Shown here one piece after another: positions 1-7,832 of a DNA stretch of 33,848 nt (within the stretch, counting starts at the first letter, position 1; the number at the start of each line of letters is the position of its first letter). The notes under the pieces were generated by a model. That model made no database searches. It saw only the letters and a list, made by a program, of their open reading frames with translations, and was not told where the DNA came from. Location: the NCBI GenBank assembly GCA_036796235.1, contig DAIRDI010000001.1, forward strand, positions 1 through 33,848, given 5' to 3'. The stretch comes from Candidatus Competibacteraceae bacterium. GTDB lineage: Bacteria; Pseudomonadota; Gammaproteobacteria; Competibacterales; Competibacteraceae. The position numbers and the translations under genes were made by a program.

Positions 1-25
1 CAAATCCAGCGGACATTTCGTTCAT
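1..25 (-). CDS. 5' end of an unidentified gene that runs off the window (only 8 codons visible: MNEMSAGF)
   Basis: ATG on the minus strand at 23-25, with GGAGG (complement of 31-35) 5 nt upstream. Divergent from fbp across an AT-rich spacer. Too short to identify. Confidence 0.2.
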
Positions 26-217
26 GAGATCCTCCGATACGAGATCGGTAATGGCGCCAAACAACAATTAAAATAATCGCAATAAAATAATAACAAAAAA
101 TGCTGCATCGCGCCATCCGAATCTGGGTTGGAGCTATGCTGAGGCGCTCCAGGGGATCCGCCGCGCGGCAATCGAGTCGGCGGTTGCGGTTTCGCCCCAC
201 AAAGACCATAGCTTTAA

Positions 218-226
218 TGATACAAT
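218..226 (+). promoter_or_regulatory. Candidate extended -10 promoter element (TG-a-TACAAT) for fbp
   Basis: TGATACAAT at 218-226, about 73 nt upstream of the fbp ATG. The -35 region is weak. Pattern match only. Confidence 0.25.
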
Positions 227-298
227 GCCCGAACTGGCTCGCCAGATATCCACAATTCTTGTCATTGCACCGGTTTTCCACAACCAGGGACAAACATC

Positions 299-1318
299 AT
301 GGCAATCGGTACGACCATCACTGAATTCATCATCGAAGAACAACGGCGCATCAAGGGCGTGTCGGGCGATTTCACCGCCTTGGTCAACGACATCGTAATC
401 GCTTGCAAGGCCATTGCCAGCGCCGTCCGCTACGGTAGCCTGGTAGGCGTTCTGGGCGCCGCCGACACCGAGAATATCCAGGGGGAGACCCAGAAAAAGC
501 TGGATATCATCTCCAACGATCTGTTCATCACGCGCAACGAATGGGCGGGTCACGTGGGCGCCATGGCGTCCGAGGAGATGGAGGATATTTATCATCTGCC
601 GGCCCAGTATCCGCGCGGCAAGTATCTGTTGGTGTTCGATCCGCTGGACGGCTCGACCAATACCGATGTCAACGGGCCGGTTGGAACCATCTTCTCGATC
701 ATGCGCCGCCCCGAAGGCGCGACCGGCGAACCGACCGCGAACGACTTCCTGCAATCGGGCGACCGACAGGTCTGCGCGGGTTACGCCCTGTACGGACCCT
801 CTTCGATGATGGTGTTGACCACCGGCCACGGCGTCAACGGCTTTACCCTGGACCCACGGATCGGTGAATTCATCCTGACCAACCCCAACATGCAAGTCCC
901 TGCGGATACCGAGGAATTTTCCATCAACACCGCTCATACCCGGTTCTGGGATCCGCCGGTTCGCCGCTACATCGATGAGTGCCTGGCTGGCAAGGATGGC
1001 CCGCGGCGCAAGGACTTCAACATGCGCTGGGCAGGGGCGATGATCGCCGACGTCCACCGGGTGCTAACCCGCGGCGGCGTGTTCCTGTATCCGCTCGACC
1101 GCAACCTTCGCGCCAAGCGCCAGGAGGGCAAGCTGCGCCTGCTCTATGAAGCCAATCCGATGAGCTTTATCATCGAGCAGGCCGGCGGGCTGGCCACCAC
1201 TGGCGTCCAACGGATCACGGAGCTCCAACCAACCGGTCTGCACCAACGCTGTCCGGTGATCCTGGGCTCCAGAAACGAGGTCGAGCGTCTGATTTCCTAT
1301 CATCTCGACGCTCGATAA
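299..1318 (+). CDS. fbp: Fructose-1,6-bisphosphatase class 1
   Basis: 339-aa ORF with hallmark class I FBPase segments: LVFDPLDGSTNTDVNGPVGTIFSI, GGVFLYP, KLRLLYEANPMSFIIEQAGG. AGGGA lies 9 nt upstream of the ATG. Confidence 0.95.
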   Translation: MAIGTTITEFIIEEQRRIKGVSGDFTALVNDIVIACKAIASAVRYGSLVGVLGAADTENIQGETQKKLDIISNDLFITRNEWAGHVGAMASEEMEDIYHLPAQYPRGKYLLVFDPLDGSTNTDVNGPVGTIFSIMRRPEGATGEPTANDFLQSGDRQVCAGYALYGPSSMMVLTTGHGVNGFTLDPRIGEFILTNPNMQVPADTEEFSINTAHTRFWDPPVRRYIDECLAGKDGPRRKDFNMRWAGAMIADVHRVLTRGGVFLYPLDRNLRAKRQEGKLRLLYEANPMSFIIEQAGGLATTGVQRITELQPTGLHQRCPVILGSRNEVERLISYHLDAR

Positions 1319-1547
1319 TCCCGTAATAACCTATCCTACCCCGCACCACCATCCCGTCACGCATGCCGGCGTAGCACTCCGGTTCCGCGACGGGGCCCTC
1401 CAATTCGTAGGCGAAGCGCGAGAAAAAGGCGGTCTCCGTTTCGCCTCTTTCCTGTAACTGTCGTAAACTCTCCTTTGACAGTGCGACCTCGCACCTGCGC
1501 TGGGCGATCGGTTATCCAGCAATATCCGAACTGCGGGAAAATTCTCC

Positions 1548-4031
1548 ATGGCATCCAAGACCTCCTTCCCTGAACCCTTGGCCGGCAAACTCCGGCGCAT
1601 CGAGGATCTCGCCGAAAAACTGGTTTACATCAAGTGGAGCCGGGAGTTCTTCGTGCTGCTCCAACGCTCGGCGCAGGATATCCTGAACTTGGCGAGCCCG
1701 CGGCCGGAGTACCACAAAATCGCGGTGCTGGCCGAACGCTTGCAGCAGCAGATTGGGGAATGTCTGGAGAAAAGCGAATTGCCCCGAGGATCGGAACGGG
1801 AACGGCTCATCGCCGTCGCGGATGCGTTGTGCCGGGCGACGCCCAATGCCGAGGACGACGGCCGCGACCCCGTCGCCCCAGAATCGCGCCGATCGATCAC
1901 GACCCTCACCATTCCTCTGTTTTCGAAGTGGGACCAAGGCGAGCGGACGCCGCCCAATTCGGGCGAAAAAACCGCCAAGTCGTTTCCCTTGTGGCTGATC
2001 GCGCCGGAGACCGCGCAGATCCTGGGGCGCAAGCTCGAACAGCGCGGCGGTTTCGAAATCCTGATGCGCGCCAGCCTGAACGAAGTCCGCCTCGCCTTGG
2101 CCCAGTCCCAGCAACCCGCCGCCCTGATCATCGATTTGGACCATGTCAGCGACAGCCAGACGACCTTGCAACAGATCGGGAGCTTGCGGCAACTGCTGGC
2201 TCCGGAAATTCCGCTGTTCTTTCTGGCCGATCGCGGCGACATCACCGCCCGGCTCGATGCGGTGGAGGCCGGCGCCGCCGGCTACTTCATCAAACCGGTG
2301 GATATCCCCCTGCTGCTGGAAGCACTGGACGAAAGAGTCCTGAAAACCCAGGATCACCGGATTCTGCTCGTCGAAGATTCCCTGCCCGCCGCCCGCGAGG
2401 CTGCCCGCTGGCTGGAGAGCCGCGGCATGGCGACCCAGGTGCTGGCTCAACCTCTGCAAATCCTGCAAGCGCTCTACAACTTCCAGCCCAGCCTGCTGAT
2501 CCTGAGCTTGGACCTGAAGGAAACCGACGGCCTCACCCTGGCCCGGGCGATCCAGCAGCACGAGCTGTTCCGGGAGCTGCCGCTGATTCTGTTGTCCGCG
2601 CAAACCGATATCGGCCAACGGCTATCCGCCGCCGGCTTGGGCGGCGAGGCGTTGCTGGGCAAGCCCCTGAACCCGGAACTGCTGTTCGCGGCGCTCGCCA
2701 AACGGCTGCGTCAGGGACATGGGTTGTACCGTAAACTCAGTCAGATCAGCAACCGCGATACGGTGAGCGATCTGTACAACCGCCCTTATTTCCTCGCGCA
2801 TCTGGAACGGGTGCTGGTCGCCACCGCCGCCAACGCCCAACCGGTGGCGATCATGCTAATCGCGCTGGATAACCTGCGCGGTATTGAGAACAGCGACGTG
2901 GCCGCCGCCGACGAGGTCGTCGAACAAGCCGCCAAACGCTTGAAAGCCACATTAGGAGCCGACCCGATCGCGGCCCGTTTCGGCGACGCCGTTTTCACCG
3001 TGCTGCTGAGCTTCGCCAACCAGGACGCGCTGCTCGCCACCGCGCGCGCCTTGCAAGAGAGTTTGGAAGCGCAGCCCTACGCCTTGGCCAGCGGCGACTT
3101 CAAGCTGCGCGCCAGCATCGGCATCAGCATCGCCAGTCCGACCGTGAACGAGGCTTCCATGCTGATCCAGCAAGCCGATCTGGCCTGTGGGATGGCCCGC
3201 GACAGCAAGGACACGCGGATTTATGTCCATCGCGGTCAAAGCGGCGAGCAGGACACGGACGCCATCGGGCAGCGCCGCTTGCTGGAAGAAATTCGCGAAG
3301 CCGTGCAACAGCAACGTATGAACCTGCTGTTCCAACCGGTCGTCAGCTTGCGCGGCGACACCACGGAACGGTATGAAGTGCTGTTGCGGATGCGCAATCT
3401 CGAAGGCTGGGAGTTGTTGCCGGAAACCGTGTTCGGCCTGGTCAAGCGCCACCGGATCGGCATGGTGCTCGATCGGTGGGTCATCGCCCACTCGATTCGG
3501 GTGCTGCGGGAACGCCAGATCCGCGGACACTCGGTGATTCTGTTCATCAATATTTCCCCGACCATCCTGCAAGACGAGGAACTGTTGAACTGGCTGCGCA
3601 GCGGCCTGCAAAAAACCGGCGTGCCGGCCGCCAAGCTGGTGTTTGAAATGACGGAAACCACCGCCGAATTGAACCGGCAGGGGCTGCTCCCGTTCCTGCG
3701 CCAGATCAAGGACCTGGGCTGCGGCATCTCGCTGGATCATTTCAGTGGTCACGAGCGCGCCCAAGCGTTGGTTCAGCTGCTGCAAGTCGATTATGTCAAG
3801 CTGGACCCTCGCTTTACCCAGGACTTGCTCAACGACAAGGAGCGCCAACGACAGCTTGGCGAGACGGTGCATGCCCTAGCCACCTTGGGCGTGACCACCA
3901 TCGTCACTGGCGTCGAAGACGCGGCCATCCTGCCGGCGCTGTGGGCCTGTGGCATCGATTACGTGCAAGGTTTCCTGCTGCAACGGCCCCATACCGATAT
4001 GAGCTACGACTTCGCGCACATGGTGCTGTGA
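1548..4031 (+). CDS. Multidomain c-di-GMP signalling protein: N-terminal helical region, pseudo-receiver, receiver, degenerate GGDEF, EAL
   Basis: 827 aa. The second REC has the LLVEDS...LSLDL...LSAQ...GKP pattern. The first REC-like domain lacks the acidic pair (LIAPET). The GGDEF position reads RFGDAVF. The EAL domain has YEVLLR, FINISP, FEMTET, ISLDHFSG, VKLD, GVEDA and QGF. Confidence 0.9.
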   Translation: MASKTSFPEPLAGKLRRIEDLAEKLVYIKWSREFFVLLQRSAQDILNLASPRPEYHKIAVLAERLQQQIGECLEKSELPRGSERERLIAVADALCRATPNAEDDGRDPVAPESRRSITTLTIPLFSKWDQGERTPPNSGEKTAKSFPLWLIAPETAQILGRKLEQRGGFEILMRASLNEVRLALAQSQQPAALIIDLDHVSDSQTTLQQIGSLRQLLAPEIPLFFLADRGDITARLDAVEAGAAGYFIKPVDIPLLLEALDERVLKTQDHRILLVEDSLPAAREAARWLESRGMATQVLAQPLQILQALYNFQPSLLILSLDLKETDGLTLARAIQQHELFRELPLILLSAQTDIGQRLSAAGLGGEALLGKPLNPELLFAALAKRLRQGHGLYRKLSQISNRDTVSDLYNRPYFLAHLERVLVATAANAQPVAIMLIALDNLRGIENSDVAAADEVVEQAAKRLKATLGADPIAARFGDAVFTVLLSFANQDALLATARALQESLEAQPYALASGDFKLRASIGISIASPTVNEASMLIQQADLACGMARDSKDTRIYVHRGQSGEQDTDAIGQRRLLEEIREAVQQQRMNLLFQPVVSLRGDTTERYEVLLRMRNLEGWELLPETVFGLVKRHRIGMVLDRWVIAHSIRVLRERQIRGHSVILFINISPTILQDEELLNWLRSGLQKTGVPAAKLVFEMTETTAELNRQGLLPFLRQIKDLGCGISLDHFSGHERAQALVQLLQVDYVKLDPRFTQDLLNDKERQRQLGETVHALATLGVTTIVTGVEDAAILPALWACGIDYVQGFLLQRPHTDMSYDFAHMVL

Positions 4032-4040
4032 CTGCTGGCC

Positions 4041-4598
4041 ATGCGGATCGACGCGGCGGCCGGATTGCTGGAAGGGGTGCGATACCAACCTTCGCCCAAC
4101 TGCGACGACCGGCCGCCCGGCCTGGAGGTGGATTTAATCGTGATCCACGGGATCAGCCTGCCGCCCGGCGAGTTCGGCGGGCCGTGGATCGACGCGCTGT
4201 TCACCAACCGGCTCGATCCCGCCGCGCATCCCTATTTCCAGGGCATCGCGGGCCTGCGGGTTTCAGCGCATCTGTTGGTCCGCCGGGATGGCGAACTGGT
4301 GCAGTACGCGCCGTTCCAGCGGCGGGCTTGGCATGCCGGCGAATCGGTTTACGCCGGCCGGCCCCGCTGCAACGATTTCAGCGTGGGCATCGAACTGGAA
4401 GGCGCCGATCACCTGCCTTACGACGATCGCCAGTACCCACGGTTGGCCGCGGTCATCCGGGCGTTGCGCCACGCCTACCCCGCCATCACGCGCGAGCGGT
4501 TGACCGGTCATTCCGACATCGCGCCGGGCCGGAAGACCGATCCAGGACTGGCGTTCGACTGGGACCGACTACACCGGTTGTTGGGTGAAATCGGCTGA
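4041..4598 (+). CDS. ampD: 1,6-anhydro-N-acetylmuramyl-L-alanine amidase AmpD
   Basis: 185 aa amidase_2 pattern: IVIHGISLPPGEFGG, RAWHAGES, NDFSVGIELEG, GHSDIAPGRKTDPG. Starts 9 nt after the upstream stop. Confidence 0.9.
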   Translation: MRIDAAAGLLEGVRYQPSPNCDDRPPGLEVDLIVIHGISLPPGEFGGPWIDALFTNRLDPAAHPYFQGIAGLRVSAHLLVRRDGELVQYAPFQRRAWHAGESVYAGRPRCNDFSVGIELEGADHLPYDDRQYPRLAAVIRALRHAYPAITRERLTGHSDIAPGRKTDPGLAFDWDRLHRLLGEIG

Positions 4599-5852
4599 TC
4601 CCGGGCCGGGGGATTCGGAATCATCGAGAACGTCCGAAACATTCAGAGCGTCCAGTATTGCAAGCGCTTCGGGCGGCAATTCTCGCGTTATCCAGTCCGC
4701 CGACTCCGCATCGATCAGCTCCGGCGGTTCTCGCCCGCCCAACAGGTCCGCCACCTGTTCCACCCAGGCCGCGATCAACTCGGCCGCCGGACGCGCTTCG
4801 CACAGATGACAGCCTTGACCCGCCCACAAGGGCATGAAATCGGTTAGACCCTGCTCGGCCGCCGCCTGGCGCAGATCCTGAGTCAGAAACAGTTGCAGCG
4901 GAAAACCCGGGAGATCGGCTTCGTGCGCGCGCAACTCATCGCTCAGCCGGTTACGCAGCACGCGGCCGTGGCGGCCGGTGAAGACCCGGCTTAGCGTGGT
5001 GGCGATTTCGCTGCCCTGCCGCAGCAAGTCCTTATAGGCCGGATGCGCGCCGCTTTCCGGAGTCGCGAGAAAAGCCGTGCCCATCTGCACGCCGGCCGCA
5101 CCCAGCATGCGGGCGGCGGCGATGCCGCGCCCGTCCATGATGCCGCCGGCGGCGATGATAGGTACTTTGATGTGCTTGGCCAACAGCGGCACCAGAGTCA
5201 AGGTGCCGACCAAGCCCTGTTCCGGATGGCCGACGAAGGTGCCGCGATGGCCGCCGGCCTCGGCGCCCTGAGCGATGATAAAATCCACGCCGCTCTCTTC
5301 CAGCACGATGGCTTCCAGCAGGTGGGTGGCCGTACCCAGGGTCGCGATCCCCGCTTCCCGCAGCATTTCCAGATACACCGGGTCCGGCGCCCCAAAAATG
5401 AAGCTCACCGCCGCTACTCCAGCTTCCAGCACCACGTCCAGCTGCTGTTCGAATTCCGGGAGGTCAGGAGGTGGTCCGGGTGGGTCGGGCGGCAGGCCCA
5501 AGGCCGAGCGGTAGGGGGCCAGCAATTCGCGGGCGCGGGCGATGCGGGCTAGATCGATTTTGGCCGGACCAACAGCCGCGAGGTTGACGGCAAACGGACG
5601 GTCGGTGAGCGCGCGCAGTTCGGCGATCGCCAGCCGTAACGCTTCCGGTTGCAGTTCGCCACCCGCCAGCACCCCCAAACCACCGGCATCGGACACCGCC
5701 GCCACCAGGTGCGGCGTCCCGGGACCACCCGCCATGGGCGCCTGGATAATCGGATAACGGACCCCGAGGCGTTCGGTGAACGCGGTGTGGGACCACTGTG
5801 GGTCGTTAGCCAATGGCGTTGAACGACTGGCGGTTCTCTGCGGATCATGCAT
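4569..5852 (-). CDS. Nitronate monooxygenase (NMO / 2-nitropropane dioxygenase family) with an acidic C-terminal extension
   Basis: RYPIIQAPMAGG, VNL and VPIIAAGGIMDGRGIAAARMLGAAGVQMGTAFL are typical FMN TIM-barrel NMO motifs. The start is placed at MHDPQ (ATG 5850-5852, GGAG 8 nt upstream) rather than the ORF-track start at 5972. The start is uncertain. Confidence 0.8.
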   Translation of the reverse strand: MHDPQRTASRSTPLANDPQWSHTAFTERLGVRYPIIQAPMAGGPGTPHLVAAVSDAGGLGVLAGGELQPEALRLAIAELRALTDRPFAVNLAAVGPAKIDLARIARARELLAPYRSALGLPPDPPGPPPDLPEFEQQLDVVLEAGVAAVSFIFGAPDPVYLEMLREAGIATLGTATHLLEAIVLEESGVDFIIAQGAEAGGHRGTFVGHPEQGLVGTLTLVPLLAKHIKVPIIAAGGIMDGRGIAAARMLGAAGVQMGTAFLATPESGAHPAYKDLLRQGSEIATTLSRVFTGRHGRVLRNRLSDELRAHEADLPGFPLQLFLTQDLRQAAAEQGLTDFMPLWAGQGCHLCEARPAAELIAAWVEQVADLLGGREPPELIDAESADWITRELPPEALAILDALNVSDVLDDSESPGPGSADFTQQPV

Positions 5853-5983
5853 GATTGCTACTCCATTGATGGCGATCGTCACCACTGAACTCGGTGAATG
5901 CGGATTTCCCGCAGCCATTTTTTGTGACGGTAAGACCGTTGGGATTTTCGGGGCGAAAGATGGAGAAAACAACCTCAGGATCT

Positions 5984-6631
5984 CTATTGTTGGTCGCCCG
6001 CTCCCGGCGCGGACCGACGCAGCCGCCGCAGATCGGCGGGCACGTCCACATCCCAGCCGGACGGCAATTCAGCCCAGTCCACGCCCGCCCGCGCGAACCG
6101 GCGACGAGTGGCCCCCAGCACGGTTTCCGTTCCCCAGGCAATGCCCCGAAAGATCTCCGGGCAGGGTTGGCTTAGGCCGACCAACACGTAACCGCCATCC
6201 GCCGCCGGCCCCAACACCGCCGCACGGCCAGCAGCCAGATATTCGAACGCGGCGCGCAATTCCTCCGCGCCCAGCGATGCGCCATCACCGCCGATCAGCA
6301 CGGCCGGATGACCGTCGGCCAACGTCCGGTGCAAGGCCCGATTCATGCGCTGGCCCAGATCGCCCGTCCCCTGTGGGCGCAACCGCACACCGTATTGGCG
6401 CCGGCAAGCGTTGAAGAAACCGTGGCGGGTATCTGGCGCGCACCATAATTCGACCGGACCCAGGCGGGCCGCGCGGGCAATGTGCAGCGTTCGCCGCAAG
6501 AGTTGCTGGTATAGCAGCGCCGCGCCGCGCGCGCCCAACTGTCCGGCCAGGCGGGTCTTGACCTGCCCGGGAATCGGCGCTTTGGCGAAGACCAGCAGGC
6601 GGGCGGTGGGGAAGGCGTAGGTGTCGTTCAC
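5984..6631 (-). CDS. DUF2064-family transferase (TIGR04282-like, rSAM/selenodomain-associated transferase 1)
   Basis: The C-terminal 215 aa of track ORF 5984..7255 read VNDTYAFPTARLLVFAKAPIPGQVKTRL ... ADGGYVLVGL ... IAWGT. The GTG start at 6629-6631 overlaps the upstream stop (GTGA). The upstream part of the track ORF is Arg/Pro-rich read-through. Confidence 0.75.
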   Translation of the reverse strand: MNDTYAFPTARLLVFAKAPIPGQVKTRLAGQLGARGAALLYQQLLRRTLHIARAARLGPVELWCAPDTRHGFFNACRRQYGVRLRPQGTGDLGQRMNRALHRTLADGHPAVLIGGDGASLGAEELRAAFEYLAAGRAAVLGPAADGGYVLVGLSQPCPEIFRGIAWGTETVLGATRRRFARAGVDWAELPSGWDVDVPADLRRLRRSAPGAGDQQ

Positions 6632-7311
6632 GAGCGGTAGTAAATCCGGGCCAGCCGAGCGGGATCGGCGCCGAAGAAGTAGGCCAGACGCAGCCACCAC
6701 ATTAACAGAATCGTGCGGAGAATCCCGTCCTGCTCCCAGCGTCGGCTGGAGGTGCGCAATCGCTGGCGCAGGCGGATGGGCCAGCCGTGCCGCCGCAACC
6801 GTCGGCTGAAAGCGATATCCTCCATCAGGGCGATGGCGGGAAAACCGTCTACCCGCTCGAAAGCTTCGCGGCGCACAAAGATACCCTGGTCGCCGGTGGC
6901 GATGCCAGTCAGACCGGAGCGGAAGTTCATCAGGGTTTCCACCACGCGCAGGAGCGGATGGCGACCGGACAGGCGCACATCGAAGCGACCCCAGTGGTGA
7001 TTCGGATTCGCCAGCGCGGCGCGAATCCGTTCGGTGGCATTCTCTGGCGGCGTACTGTCGGCATGCAGGAACCAGAGAATCTCGCCGCTGGCCCGCCGGG
7101 CGCCGGCGTTCATCTGCATGGCCCGTCCCTTGGGACCGGTGATGACTTGATCCGCCAACGGTTCGGCCAGCGGCACGGTTCGGTCGTTGCTGCCGCCGTC
7201 CACCACGATCAGCTCGCAATCCGCTCCACGTTGCGGCTGCAAGTCTTGCAGACACCGGGCGACCTGCGCTTCCTCGTTCAGAACGGGCAGAACGATGCTG
7301 ATGCGGGACAT
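6628..7311 (-). CDS. Family 2 glycosyltransferase (TIGR04283-like, rSAM/selenodomain-associated transferase 2)
   Basis: 227 aa from MSRISIVLPVLNEE. Also has ELIVVDGGSNDRT, LWFLHADS and GDQGIFVRREAF (GT-A fold signatures). It overlaps the DUF2064 gene by 4 nt. Confidence 0.85.
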   Translation of the reverse strand: MSRISIVLPVLNEEAQVARCLQDLQPQRGADCELIVVDGGSNDRTVPLAEPLADQVITGPKGRAMQMNAGARRASGEILWFLHADSTPPENATERIRAALANPNHHWGRFDVRLSGRHPLLRVVETLMNFRSGLTGIATGDQGIFVRREAFERVDGFPAIALMEDIAFSRRLRRHGWPIRLRQRLRTSSRRWEQDGILRTILLMWWLRLAYFFGADPARLARIYYRS

Positions 7312-7380
7312 GATTTTCGGGCGCGCGGGTCTGGTCAATGATGAGCGGGAATTGTATGATAGCGCTTCTAAATCATGCGT

Positions 7381-7456
<76 letters not shown>

Positions 7457-7488
7457 ACCCAACATCCAGGCAGATCCAGCAGCATCCG

Positions 7489-7518
7489 AAAGCCCGCCTC
7501 ACCGCGGGCTTTTTCTTT
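7489..7518 (+). terminator. Rho-independent terminator after tRNA-Ala
   Basis: Stem AAAGCCCGC / GCGGGCTTT with a 6-nt loop (CTCACC), running into TTTTCTTT. Confidence 0.7.
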
Positions 7519-7764
7519 GGCGCCGACCGGGACCAGCGACAACGCCACGCGCTGATCCTGCTGGACGTGGCGATTGAACGCCCGAATGGCTTGAGTGGCG
7601 GTGTCCTGATGCTCTGGATCGGCCTCGGCGCCATCCCAGAGCGTGTTGTCGATCATGACGAGTCCGCCGGGGCGCAGCAGGTCGAGACAGCGTTCGTAGT
7701 AAGCCAGGTAGCCGGTCTTGCCGACATCGATAAAGGCCAGATCGGTCGAGGCCGATGGATCGAT
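7519..7764 (-). pseudogene. Remnant (C-terminal part, about 80 aa) of a class I SAM-dependent (caffeoyl-CoA-type) O-methyltransferase
   Basis: The minus-strand frame reads DLAFIDVGKTGYLAYYERCLDLLRPGGLVMIDNTLWDGAEADPEHQDTATQAIRAFNRHVQQDQRVALSLVPVGA. This resembles the FIDADK...YYE...LLRPGG...DN.LW.G...F...DPRV...LP.GDG tail of this family. There is no start codon, no N-terminal SAM-binding half and no native stop; the frame runs into the tRNA terminator. Confidence 0.6.
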
Positions 7765-7832
7765 TGGACATGGCTCGAGGGTAGTTTTTTGCGATGGTGT
7801 CAATGGCCACGCGACCGCGCGACCCGAGGGAC

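Noticed and set aside
134-1057. 307-aa ORF antisense to fbp
   Set aside because: It lies fully within and opposite to a clearly identified fbp gene. Its composition is Arg/Gly/Ala-rich, as expected for spurious open frames in GC-rich DNA, and I saw no recognisable motifs.
7745-7795. Imperfect stem (TCGAGGCC...GGCTCGA) followed by the T-run GTAGTTTTTTGCG, resembling a plus-strand intrinsic terminator
   Set aside because: The stem has a bulge and an 18-nt loop. It lies inside the methyltransferase remnant, and no plus-strand gene ends there because the tRNA already has its own terminator at 7489-7518. It is probably a chance structure.
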